Notes under the pieces: generated by a model | Seen by the model: the letters and a program-made list of their open reading frames with translations, nothing else | The model's database searches: none | Told to the model about the DNA's origin: nothing | Position numbers and translations under genes: made by a program | Origin: Podarcis erhardii | Taxonomy: Eukaryota | Strand: one strand, 5' to 3' | Length of the DNA: 64,000 nucleotides | NCBI GenBank assembly: GCA_964252035.1 | Contig: OZ176201.1 | Shown here: in pieces, positions 37,245 through 49,539 of the stretch | Layout of the letters: the number at the start of each line of letters is the position of its first letter | Position numbering within the stretch: the first letter of the stretch is position 1

Positions 37245-40200
37245 TACCTAGCCCAAAACATTTTGCTGCTGGTAGTAAAGGAGGGCACCCATCAATCCAT
37301 GGATGGAATTGAACTGGACTAGCATTTGAATCTTAATTCAACACTGGTAATGGAACAGCATCGTCCACAGCATCTGATGGGCTAGCTTAGGAGGTGGCAC
37401 ACATTGATCTACCTCCCCGCATCTCACTGCTGCTGCCTGCCTCTCAGCATCTGCTGCCTGACCTCACTCTGCCTAACAATAGGGCCAGTCTTGCAACCTA
37501 GTGGGGAAATTGTGTAAACTGGGTCTGTGTTTTGTTCTTACCTCTTGGAATACCTGTAGGCCAAGAATTTGTGGGGGTTGGTGGTGGTTGTAAATAATCT
37601 CTTACATGGCAAGTCTTTAGCACAAGCAGTTTTGAGAGAAATGGTTAAACATCAGGAATGTAAAGATTTAATGATTCATGAAGCAAAGTATCACTGCCTG
37701 CCTGTCCCAATGCATTTGCTTTCCACTTTGATTCTTTAGTGATAGAGGTCTGGCCTGGAACCCAATACCATATTATGTTGTTTGGTTTGTGTCTGAGGCA
37801 GTTTATTATTAATAATATAAACAAACCAATTCTGCCTGCAACCTTAGTTGCTAAGCGGAGGAGTGTTTTGTCTGGAGATGAATAAAAGGCCAGGAAAAAA
37901 ACAAGAGGGTGAGGGCCAAGAGGAGAGTGGGCCTTAAGGAGTGCTTAGCTGGTGTACTTAGCTGGAGGCCAAGGCCTCGGAAAAAGGAACTGTTCTCAAA
38001 CTGATGTTCCAGACCAGGCAAATGGCACTCTCTTTGGGTCATGAAGAAATGGTACTCAAGAGCACTAGACTGGAGACAGCAACTCCTCACTGCTCCCCCC
38101 TTCCCCAAGAGATAAGCCAGAAGTGGGGAATTTGCCACCCCCCTCCCCCCACCCAATGTTGCCAGATTGGGGACCCATCACCTCCGACCATTGGCCATAC
38201 TGACAGGGGCTGATGGAAGCTGGAATCCAGTGGCATCAAAGAAGGCACTCCTATGAGGGACAATTTCTTGTTAGAAGAAAGTACAGTACTGGAGTATTAT
38301 GCTGCTTTTGTATTAAATCTGTAAGTCTAGAATGAAGGCAAGCTCTCGTCCAAATAGACATGACTAGTCTTTCGTTTTGTTTCTATTTTGCTGGTAAAAC
38401 TAGTTATTTTCAATAGTTACAGATTGTGAAATACAGTAACAATGCAAAAAATACAAAAATGTACGGTATTTATAAACACATATACCATTGCAAAGGATTT
38501 ATATGGTTTGAAGTCTGTGTCATATTGCATCTTCTTAAAATGGATGTAAAGAGAAAAAGCTCCCAAATAAAATGGCACCTTTTTTCTATCTTGCTTTAAG
38601 GCAGGAATGAACGGGATCCTGTTCGCAGGGTGAATTCAAAAATCCCTCACCCAAATGGGTCAGCTTTGACAGATGTCAGGACCACCCACTTGTTAATCAC
38701 CAGAGATCAGGTTAGTGACACCTGTCAAAGTTCAAAGGAGGTAACTGTAACTGCTGAGCAGCTAACTGGAGGTTACAACAACCTCCTTTGAAGATGCACT
38801 TTCAGCATTAGTCAGCTGACTGGAGGCATTCGTCTTTAAGAGGCTTGCTATAACTGATCTGTGGCTACAGAGAACCCCTTGGAAGCATCTGCAGAAGGGG
38901 AAATGCTTCATTTTTCATGGGATGCTGCACTTTGAATCAAAACCGCTTCATCTGGAGAGGAAAAATGCTCTATTTAATTTTTTTTTTAATTCAAATTCAG
39001 AATGAGGCACTTTTTGTTTTTACAGTAACTTTTTATTGCTTCTTCATCCCAGAATCCTAAAAGTAACCTAATACCTACAAGCACCTAGAAGACTAAATTC
39101 AGTCTACAATCTCCATCTATAGACTAGGGCTTGTGCTACGAGTGGAGAAAGTGGGAGACATGTCCTCTTGCCTTATCCTGTTTCTCTCCCTCAATGGCCA
39201 TAGGGAATCCCTGTGCCTCTAGAAGGAAGGCAGGAGTCATTGAGAGAAAGGGCTTGCCCAATTTCTGTCACTCTTGAGTTCCAGGAAAGCCTTTAACAAC
39301 TCCTGGGAAGCTCGCCATTGCTCTCCTGCTGCTAGGGGGAATGAGGCCAGAGAGCTGCACTCCCCAAAACCCTGTCATGTTCTTGACGGAGAACTGTTGA
39401 TGGAGAGACTTCATTGCCAAAGCACAAAAATAACACATCATCATCAAACCTTTTATTGGCATCACAAACAACATCCAAACAAATCAGTACAGAATTACCA
39501 CTTCCCCAGTGGCACAAAACATTTGCTAAAAGAAAGGAGGCAGAGCAGTCTATCATCACAAAAAATAACACAACCACAAATATATTAAACCACAAGTGTA
39601 ATGCAACTTCTTAAATTGTATGTTATTTGTGTATTTTCTCTATGTATGTATTTATTTTTAAATATTTGTACATGGAGTTTTTTTATTGATCTATAAGTCA
39701 CTTTGAGATTTTTTTTGTATGGCTCAGGCTGCAATATATGTGGAGTTAGAGGCAGGGCTGAGGGGCACTGGAAGAGCTGGCAAATTTTATCCTTGTTCTG
39801 CTTCCTCTTCAGAGAGCGGAGGGGTGGGTGCTGGGAACACACCCTAGAGGCCTTCCACAGTCAACCACAATCCCATTATTAAAGCACTCAGCAGCTATGG
39901 AGCCATTATCGCTAATGGTGCCACAAAGGACTGGGTTCTGGTGGTAAAGTGGGGGTGGGAAGAGCTGGAGTTAATTCTCAACTGAACAGGAGAGGTAATT
40001 GCATATGCTGAGCAGTTCAAGACGCCAAAAGTTCCTTCATCAGAGAGTAGTTGAGTTTCCCTTGCCACAATGACCTTTGGCAGGGTAAGATATGTATCAG
40101 CATTGCTGAGCTAGGAGTGCATTTCTAATGTGCTGCTGCATGGAAGCTCATCTTCCTCCATTGTGATTCTTAGGCAAGAATCCCATACTACCTGGAGCCT

Positions 40201-40759
40201 GTGGCTCTATAACAAGGGCTGTCTGGTCGTGACTTGGAAGTGGAGGTCTCCAGCCTTGGGCAAGAGAGGGTGCTGCCATCTGTCCCATTGCTCCACTAAT
40301 CAATTCCCCCACCCCCTCTCTTCCCAGTAATAACAACATTCATACCCCACTGTTTCTCCAAGGAGCTCAAGGTGGCATGCGTAGTTCTCACCCCTGACTG
40401 TTTTATGCTTGCAAAAACCTGTGAGGTAGGTTAGGCTGAGAGACAGTGGCTGTGTACACCTTACGGGCTTAAAACGCAGCTAGGTCATTCTTTATTTCAA
40501 TTCAGATCGAAGCTAGTTTGGGGGGAAATGCATCAAAGTATTTACTAAGTAATTTCGGGAAAGATATGGATTATGGCTAATGTGTACCATGCTTCCTGGT
40601 GGAGGGCACACTGGATGCAGAGTAAACAGTAGTTTGTACACAGCCTATGGGTGGCCCAAGATCACTTAGCAAACTTCATGTCTAAGTAATTGGACCACAA
40701 CACCACACCACGGTGACAGAGGACCAGTGAGGATATGGGCAAAGATTAAAAGACAGGTG

Positions 40760-40866
40760 CATGGGCGTAGCCAGGATTTTTGTTGGGGGGGCAGGACTTT
40801 TGTTGAGGGGGCAGAACCAATGTGATCGGTCAGTTAGTTAAGTATTTCTATTGTTTTACGGCCATG
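40760..40866. mobile_element. Short hAT MITE (107 bp), TSD GACAGGTG
   Basis: TIRs CATGGGCGTA / TACGGCCATG, with an 8-bp TSD at 40752-40759 and 40867-40874. Confidence 0.88.
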
Positions 40867-42074
40867 GACAGGTGGTGGGAAAGGGCAGGAAGTCCATCAG
40901 CTGTCTGAGTATTCTTTTTCTGTCTTCAAAAAAAGGTTCTGCTTCCGAGTTGGCACACCTTTCATGTAATACTAATAATGTTTATTGTATATAAAGTCCT
41001 TCAACAAGCTAGGTCCTGCCCAGTATGAAAGAAATGGGCTTTGCCTGCTATCAAGCTTATTATCTACATGTCAACACCTTGAGGACAGGTGAAAGAACAG
41101 AAAAGGAATGGCGGGGGAGAGGAAAGGAGAGGCAGAGACTGAAGGACAAAGGCTCAAGGGAAGAGGTGCATTTTCATATGTAGTGTAAACAAGGACAAGA
41201 AAGGAAAATGGCAGATGTGAGGGAGGCAGTGAGTGTCAGAGAAAAGGGGCAGCCAGAGAGAAAGAACAAGAAGAGTGTGACATAGAGGAAGCAAACTGGG
41301 GCAGAGGTGATGGAGAGAGTAAATAGACAGAAAGAGAAGAAGATGTAGATAAAGGGAAGGACAAAGAGATTTGTAAACAAAAACTATAGTAGCTTAAACT
41401 AGGCCCCACAAGGAAACAAAAGCCAAAGCAAGAAGTGCAGCAAAGAAGAAATGTAGGCAAAGGAAGATATAGCACAAACATATACAGTGATATAAATTCA
41501 CGTGTTGTTTTAATCCTTACAGCGACCCTGTGGGATAAGTCATGAGACTGAGAGAGGTTTTCCAAAGGCCATGCAGTGACTTGATGGCACAGGTGAGATT
41601 TGAATCAGGGTGTCACTCTACTTAGATTTATTATTACAAGTTTTTATTTCATTTATGGCTGCAAGGTCCCCAACCCTGCACAAAGCTAGAATTGACAAAA
41701 CTCAATTCTTTATTTAAAACTGTGATCAGCAGCATAGCTATCTCTACCCACGCCCAAGCAGGAAGGCTATCCTGCATTAGTTACACCCTCCACCAGGAGT
41801 GTGGCTTGGAGCTAGCTGGAGCATTGTGTTCTATCTATAATGTGGTTTGAACATACGTATTTCATGACTTGTTTTGTTTGTGCTGAATGCTCCTAAGTAG
41901 AGGAAGCTAGCAAGGAGCCTTCTTGTCCTGACCACCCTGACAATGTGTTCCCATTGCCTTTCTCCTCTGGATTCCAACTGAATCTCCTGCCCATCCCTCA
42001 AACCTTGTCACCAGCTTTGCTTTGAGCTTGGAAGGGAGGCCCACAAGGTGGATTTTGTTCTAAGAGCATGACTG

Positions 42075-42330
42075 TAAGAACATAAAAATAGCCCTGCTGG
42101 ATCAGGTCAAAGGCCCCTCTAGTCCAACATCCCCTTTCCCACAGCAGCCAGCCAGATGCCTCTGGGAAGCCCCTAATTTGGATGTGAGTGCCCATCACCC
42201 TCTCCTGCTGTTGCTTCCCAGAAGCTGGAATCCGGAGACATACAACCTCTGATACTGGAGGAGGGAGTACAGAGCCATCACAACTAGTAGCCATTAATAA
42301 CTTTACTCTTCATGAATTTGTCTAGTAGCT
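42075..42330 (+). mobile_element. CR1 LINE 3'-end fragment
   Basis: aagaacataaaaatagccctgctggatcaggtcaaaggcccctctagtccaacatcc...ccagatgcctctgggaagc is typical of the reptile CR1 3' region. A related segment starts the CR1 at 49670. Confidence 0.65.
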
Positions 42331-42997
42331 ACGCTGTGCAGATGGGAGGAAATGTTTTCTCTTCCGTTCCCTGTCGTATCTCTTCACCCTCCCCAACAGT
42401 CCTGCTGCTTTTCTGGGATATGAAATTCTGGGATATGTAAACACTTGAAGCTGCACTTCAAAGAAAGGTCATGGCGTTTCAGCCAGTAGATGAGAGAGCC
42501 ATATGCCAACACCAGCGCCGTCTTGGAGAATGCCAGGTTAGCGGTCGCCAAGTTCCTCTGGTGAGCACTGAGCATTGCCAGAGCAGGAAACTTGTTCTAG
42601 GCCCTTCCTGTCCTGCTCATGCTCATGTTTTTATTTACCCTAACCTTGCCTCCTTATCAGATCTCTCTCCCTGCTCTCGCAATCCTCTTAACTACTCAAT
42701 AGGAACAAGACAAAACAGAAAACACTGGGGTATCGTGGCTGCTAGAGACTTCCTCTCCTGCTCCACATGCAACTCATAGTTGGGCAGCTAGCCAGGCGAT
42801 GTCACATGGAAAAAGAAGGTCCCCATCACCACCTGCCTTTCTTCCTTACGAGGGTGTGGTATCTGCCTATTGTCTTGCTGGACCACTTCCCACTGGTGGG
42901 CAAAGAGCTGGGTAGAGTCTATTCCTGGCTGTGATATTCAGCTAATTCCTGTCTGCATCTCAATTCCTATGAGGAACTCTGGATGTTAAATCTATTA

Positions 42998-45261
42998 CAC
43001 TGGGCAACAATTTTTTACTTTTTGAATGTTGTCTAGATTTCTACAACTGCTTTAGGGTATTTTTGCACTGCTGAATCAGGAAATGGCATCCGTTTCTCTC
43101 CATCAGGTCAGGTTTTTGTGCTATGTTGATTTGAAAAAAATCAGATCTTGTGACAAAATCGATTACGTTTTTGTGGTATTATCAGCTGATTTTTGTCAAC
43201 ACATATCATCCTAAATATGTTTTTAAGAGAAAAAAATGTTTTTCCAACAACATATATTGATTATCTGATATAAACATTGATTACTGTAAACTGAATGGTG
43301 GGCATTGATAAAGGTAAGTACACGTAAATTGCATGTTGCTTCACCATTTTTCAAACTTCAGGGCTTGAACTTCCATTTCTTGGAACTCCTAGAATGCTCA
43401 GTGGCAGGGAGGTCTCTCTTCAGAGTCCAACAGTAGTCAGCCATCATGACTGCATCCCAGCGACCCTGATACCTGGTCTCCATCTCTTTCATGTCCTGAT
43501 GGAATCTCTCCCCCTGCTCATCACTCATTGAACCCAGGTTCTCAGGAAACCGGTCCATATGTGAAAATAGGTAGTACATCTTGACACTCATGTTGCAGCC
43601 CAGGTTTCTGAAAGCAGTCAGCATGTTGTTGACAAGTTCTGCGTAGTTTCTGGCCTTATTGTTGCCAAGAAAGTTCTTCACTACCAGAACAAATGCCTTC
43701 CACGCTTCCAGTTCCACTTCGTTCATTGAGCTTCCGAACTCTGGATCTCTGATGAGCTGACGGATCTGAGGACCGTCAAAGATGCCAGCTTTCAACTTCT
43801 CCATGGTCAATCCTGGAAAAGCCTGGCACAAGTAAGCGAAGCAGTCACCATCCTTGTCCAGAGCCTTGGTGATTAAGCCGAGCTTGATGTGCAGCGGTGG
43901 GAAGAGTATTCTGTCTCTGTCCACCAGAGGGTCGTTGATGACGTTCTTTTCTTTGCAAGGCACCAATTCCTCCCGCACAAGCCAGTCCTTCTTCGTATAA
44001 TGCTGAGCACGGTCCCTACTATCTCACATGCACAGAAAACATGGGTACTTGGTGAAGCCAGACTGTTGTCCCAACAAAAAGTTCACCATCTTCAGGTCAA
44101 CACAAATAAACCACTTATGCTGATCATAACCAATTTTCTCCAGCACATACTTCACCGCTTCATAGTTCTCCTTCAGTGTACTCGAGTGAGCCAGGGGTAC
44201 AGAGGCAAACTGGTTGCCGTTGTGTAGCAGAACACATTTCAGTGATCGCTTGCTGCTGTCAATGAACAGTCTCCAATCTTTGGGTTCGTACTGTGGCACC
44301 CCAAGCTTGAGCAGAAGCTGCGCAATATCTGCACAGTACACCAAGTCCTTCTCTTCCAAGAAAAAACGGAGGTACTCTTGATGCCTGTTGCGGAAGAAGC
44401 TGATCCAAGCACTGTCAGAGAGGAGGTTTTTTTCCTTCAATCTGGATGCCAACAGTTCGGCAGAGTCCTTTGACAAGCTGAGGTCGCGAACTAGATCATT
44501 CAACTCCTTTTGGGAAAATGGATGTGGAGCATCATCTTCAAGAACCACTTCTTCTTCATCATGTCCTTCAACACTGGAGGCATCTTCATCACTAATGTCA
44601 GGAAGTTCTCCAAAGATAGGCACTGGAATTTCATCACAATGAGCTACAGGACGACGTGCTGATTGAAGATCAGGATACTTGAGGCTGCTCCGGTTCTTTC
44701 TGTTGATCCCAGTCACATCAACAGCGCAGAAGTAGCAGTCAGTGACATGGTTTGTCGGCTCCCTCCAAACCATGGGAATTCCAAAGTTCAGACTCCTCTT
44801 GCCAATGGTCCACCCACGTAGAGTCTCGGTGCATGCCTTGCACACCATGTGTGGCGCCCAAGCTTTATCCTGGTCACCAAGTTTAATACCAAAATAAGCA
44901 TGGTAAGCAACTTTATGCTTTGCCGCACCAATTTATGGAAGATTTCGAGGTTTTATGACTTCAAACTGATCCCTTTTTGACATAATCGCCCAGAACTATT
45001 GGACCTGAATACTTCTTGTCATTAAAATAATCATTTCCAATCAAAACAATTATTCAACATGGCATTTTACCCCCACCAACTTCTTCTAAAATGCTCCACA
45101 CAAGCGTACATGTGATCAAAAATGTAAAAAAACGACATGTGGCCATAGCTCAAAAACCTGACCTGATTGAGCAAAACCAATGTGATTTTTGGATTCAGCA
45201 CATCAGATTCGTCCTAAATCATCTGAAAAAACGCAGACAACAAATTTGTTGTTGACCAGCG
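42998..45261 (-). mobile_element. Chapaev3-like (CMC superfamily) DNA transposon, 2264 bp, TSD TTA
   Basis: Termini are CACTGGGCAACAA and (reverse complement) CGCTGGTCAACAA. TTA flanks both ends (42995-42997, 45262-45264). Subterminal inverted motif atcaggtcaggtttttg(t/a)gctatg is present, plus an internal transposase ORF. Confidence 0.9.
43358..44920 (-). pseudogene. Chapaev3 transposase, single frame with one premature stop (TGG>TGA at 44024-44026) and a missing N-terminus
   Basis: Motifs AYHAYFGIKLGDQDKAWAPHMVC, WREPTNHVTDCYFC, LVRDLSLSK, WRLFIDSSKRSLKCVLLHNGN, CVDLKMVNFLLGQQSGFTKYPCFLC, PPLHIKLGL, EQGERFHQD and MMADYCW. ORFs 44024-44848 and 43358-43978 are in the same frame. Confidence 0.9.
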
Positions 45262-47059
45262 TTATTTTTGCTGGGTGGCGCAGATTAACTGTGTCCCTGC
45301 CACACACAATATGCTGGATGGAACGAAGAGATTCCCTCTGCCCATTCTAATGCACTTACATGATCTCACAGCCTGAGTCCAGCTTTCTGTGTGTGCACAA
45401 GCTGAAATGAGATAACAGGCTCTTCTGTGGTTCTTGCTTTCTTGGGGGACCTAGTAGTACCCCCCCCCTCAGAAAGCAAAGGCTAAACTTGTTGGTGTGT
45501 GCTTTTTAAACCCACTCACCCTTTTTCAACCCTCTTCCCATACAGCATGTTAGAGGCTGCTGAGCCATTGGGTAACCTTCTCAGAAGTGCTACGTGGAAC
45601 ACAATGTCCCCTTTCAACATTCTGAGGGTTTCATAATTTCTTGCTGAAGAAAAAGTGGCAATGAAGCCTCAGCAGGGGCCCTCTCAGGTGGCAGGCTCCA
45701 TGGGGGCAGCAGATGCTGATGTAGATATTCATTGTTCCCTTGTTCCTGGTGTAGATCTTCACTCACCCCTTCTTCCCTGGTGGGGAGGAGTACCCTTTGG
45801 TGGCTTGCCTCAGGTGCCAAATTGTCTTGGGCCAGCTGTGGGCCCTTTTATGGCCTCTGTGCATGAACTAGATCTCCTACAAGGAAGTCGGACCTTGCAG
45901 GAATCCAGTATCTAGTTCACTCAGGGACAAACACATACCATATATGTCTGTGAATGTTTGCTGCATGTAACACGTATATTGCAGGAGACGTCCATAACTT
46001 TTCTGTAGAAAACGTCATTTTGTGTAATGCAGCCCCTAGGCTCCAAACAATGTGACACTTTGCTAAGTCAAGGCAAGATACTCCTTCAGCCACCACTGTC
46101 TTCAGGTGCCAGGACAGGGTTCCCAGACAGGCAACTTTGTTCTGTCATTGCCCACACAACCACCTTCCATCTGAATCTAAGGAAGTGCTCAGACTGCCTG
46201 GTTTGAAGCTGACCATCATAGAGTCACGATGGGTGTTGCTGTGCTTTGGCTGATAGCAGGCCTACAAGGCTAATTGATTGGAAGAGTAGATGGTCAGCTA
46301 TGGAAGAGTTGGAGAGGAAGGGAAGGGGAGCTGAGTTTCGTCACAACGGTCCCATCTTGGGGCCCTTCCAGACTGGTGGTGCTTTTTGTGAGCATATTCA
46401 GCAGCATGTCACCACTACAGTAATAGTGGTGGATTTATACTGGACTGCCCACACATCAATACTGCTTTATTAGTTCTGAGATGCTTCCCCAGTGTTACCA
46501 CATTATTGCCATCTGGGAGGACAAGCAGTCTCTCACTTCAAAAAGTTGCAGAATTTCAGCAGAACATTATGGTACAGGCACCCATTAGAAATGAAGCAGT
46601 ACGTCTGCCTTGAAACTTTCGTAGGTGCAAGTGGTGTTGAAATTACAATTGCGCCTAACCGGCCCAATAACATCATGACCACAAATCAGGATGGCTGTCC
46701 CAGGTGAGTGTGGTCAGCACCAGGGTAAACATGGCAGAAAGTTTTTGGTACCCCATCCTACAGGTGCTGGAAGGTGATATGTGCATGTAAGAATACTTAA
46801 GAGGAATCATGACTCCCCGTTAAAGAGTATTTAAACAGCGGAGTCCCTCCTCTCCTCCGAACTTTTCCATGCACGTTGAGAGTCTCATACTGCATCAGCA
46901 GCAGAGGATTTGTGAGTTTCTTATGATCGTGAACTTGTGTCTAGAGCTACAAAACATAACTTTTTTTCCATGCAGGAGAGTTTTGCTGCGGCGGCCCGTG
47001 CGGAACAAATCCTTCTTTGGAAGGCGACCGAGGAGGAGGAGCAGCAGAAGTAGTTCATA

Positions 47060-47074
47060 GCGCCCCCTAGTGGC
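47060..47074 (-). promoter_or_regulatory. CTCF binding motif
   Basis: Reverse complement GCCACTAGGGGGCGC matches the CTCF core consensus CCASYAGRKGGCRS. Confidence 0.75.
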
Positions 47075-47129
47075 AGAAGAGGGCGGTGTCCGTCCTATAA
47101 ACTCGCACATGAGCGGAGAAGGGCGAGGC

Positions 47130-47257
47130 AAAAGCGAGGCGAATGAAGTGTACTTCGGACTGAAGTCAGGGCAGCCTCGGCGCCGGGCTCTTCCGTGTCG
47201 CCGGACGCAACCGAAGGTGAGACTGGGACGCGTCGGAAGCGCGCAGCCCTGAAGAAG
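47130..47257 (+). other. PTGER1: Putative non-coding exon 1 of PTGER1 (start approximate)
   Basis: Lies downstream of TATAAA. Ends at donor AAG|GTGAGT (47258), with an alternative AAG|GTGAGA at 47217. The matching acceptor is ttttccccttgcag at 52149-52162. Mammalian PTGER1 also has a non-coding first exon. Confidence 0.6.
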
Positions 47258-49370
47258 GTGAGTCTGCTGCGCAGCTCCAAGCTCTTACTTAATCCCGCCA
47301 ACGTCGACGGGACGGGAAGAGGGCGCAGAGCTGGAGAGAGAAGGGAGCAAGGGGAAGGTGTGCAGGCTGAAGACCATCAGGGGCTGCTGGGGAGAAATCT
47401 GGGACTGCAGGTGTCCCCTCCCGACTTGAGATAAGCGAATCTCGGGAGGACTCCGATGTGTTGAGAAGGGGCTCTCTCAAGGGGTAGCACTCCCAACACC
47501 TCTAAACAGATTTGCTGCGCTATGCAACCACTCTGGTGCACTGACAGCCAGAACGGCTGCAGACAGCACCAGGGTATGTGGGGGTATTATCGACTTCTTC
47601 TATGTGTAAATTTAGACGTAAGGAGTAGGAAGTAACAAGACTACGGGAGTAACAAGCAGTATCTGGCAAACTATTTGAGGTAAGGAAAACAGCGTGATCG
47701 TGAATAAGGATCTTGCACCAGAGGCAAATACAGCTTGGCGCGCCTACACAAAAATAACTGAGCGCCTGTTATTTCCCGGTAAACACAGCTTACACTGCTC
47801 TGTTATAGTCACACTTAGGATGGGATTTTCACCCCCTGTTTGGCATGCTTGCTGATGGGAGCTTGGAGTGGGGATCCTAACCCTTGTAGACAGTTGTGCA
47901 TGCTGGTAGTTAGTATTCAATAATTAATTGATTTCGGAGCAAAAGGGTGTGGTGGTGGTCTTACTCTCCTGCGTCTGACAGTAGCGCCTTGGGAGGCAGC
48001 TGGCTCTGAAGAGGGCCTGTCTAAAAGCGGAAGAGGTCTTCATCCTCCACCATGGAAGGGATGAAAATGAATGGACTATTGGATTCTCTTCTGTGTTCCA
48101 AAGCGGAGTGTTTGCATTAGATAAAGGGTACCAGGATCCTGGTACCACATATTGACTACTGTACATGATCATAGATGATTATTTATATGAGTCTTAGTTG
48201 ATTGATTAAATTTGCATAAGTTGCATACAGCTAAAAGCAATATTTCTGAAGCAAGATGCATCCTCAGTTTTCAGATAATGTGCACACTTTGGATGACAGT
48301 CATCAATTTAGAAGGGGCACTCCTTTCTCTACCAGTCTTCTGAAAGAAAAGGTTGAATGCCTCTTTTACAGAGACACTTATCAACTTATATTAGATATCG
48401 GGGGATAGAGCCAAACTCAGTCTTGTTCAGAATCGACCTATTGAAAACGGTGGAACTTTTTAGTCGTGGCTAATATGAGTTCTCTTGATTCCAAGGGGTC
48501 TACTCTAAGCATGACTAAATATGGACCCATCAACATCCACTGTCTGATTAATCCAGGACAGCTTTTTAGTCAATGAAATAGTCTTCTAACGGATTAACCA
48601 ATTAATCAAACTTTACAGGCCTAATATTTTATACCCCACATTAATTAACTACTTCTAATGTAGTAAACAAATAGAACTCATTTTCCCCGATTGTGATTGT
48701 GCCCCTCAAATGTTTATTGAAAGAATTAATATATTACCTCCCTTTTACTAACATTACCCTCCTGTTAATACTACTGGGCAGTTAAAAGGATGTTAAGGGA
48801 GGGGTAAGCAAAACAATTGCTCATTAAGTGTACCTCTCTGGATGCTGTTTCTCATTCACAGAGACAAATGGGAGCTATAGTATATTAGAAGTTATGACTC
48901 ACTCAATCATCCGGTTCTGAATATAGCCCTAGGTTAGTTGAGCCAGACAATAGGAATAAAACAAAAATAAAGCAGAGTGATTCAGTTATGCTACATATGA
49001 TTACTACAGAGAGCTCTTGATTTAAACACACACACACCCCTCTGCTGTAAGTGGCAATGATGGCTATAGCTTAATAATAAAATTTGCTTCTGGTACTAGT
49101 ATTTTATACCACTACGCTCCATCCATCATAAGAAAGCATGTTTCTCTTTCAGACTGTATGCAAATGTTAGGTACATGTGTTGAACTATTAGGAAAAATCT
49201 AAAATCCACAGCTGCACAATACTTTTATGAGGACCAACTAAAGTATCGCAAAAAGTGAGCAAGCTTTCTAGTTCCCAGTAATTTTTTCTCAGGCTAGATG
49301 TAAATGGTGAGAGGGGAGTCAAAGAGAAAGCTCTTCTGTTGAAGACTTGAAGTCTGCAGTTGGTGTGCAA

Positions 49371-49539
49371 CAGTGGCGTAGCGCGGGAGGTGCAGGGGGG
49401 GCCAGCCGCACCGGGTGCAACATCTGGGGGTTAGGGTTAGGGGGCGCAAATCCACGGGTTAGGGGGCGCAAATCCACGGGTTAGGGGGTGCAAATTACTT
49501 GCCTTGCCCCGGGTGCTGACAACCCACGCTACGCCACTG
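49371..49539. mobile_element. hAT MITE (169 bp) with internal TTAGGG-containing 22-bp repeats, TSD GTGTGCAA
   Basis: Perfect 13-bp TIRs CAGTGGCGTAGCG / CGCTACGCCACTG, with an 8-bp TSD at 49363-49370 and 49540-49547. Confidence 0.92.

Larger units (their letters stand above)
46960..47480. promoter_or_regulatory. PTGER1: CpG island, probable PTGER1 promoter
   Basis: The only strongly CpG-dense unique stretch in the window, ~5 kb upstream of the PTGER1 coding exon. It contains a CTCF motif, a GC box, TATAAA (47096-47101) and two splice donors. Confidence 0.75.

Noticed and set aside
35298-37684. 18-bp motif TTTAATGATTCATGAAGC present at 35298 and 37667
   Set aside because: The flanks are unrelated and the motif is AT-rich. 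I cannot distinguish it from chance or from fragments of a common repeat.
43889-44642. Plus-strand ORFs overlapping the transposon
   Set aside because: These are antisense shadows of the transposase reading frame.
46895-47480. Several 60-80 aa ORFs on both strands in the CpG island
   Set aside because: GC-rich sequence is depleted of stop codons. The peptides are low-complexity and unrecognisable.
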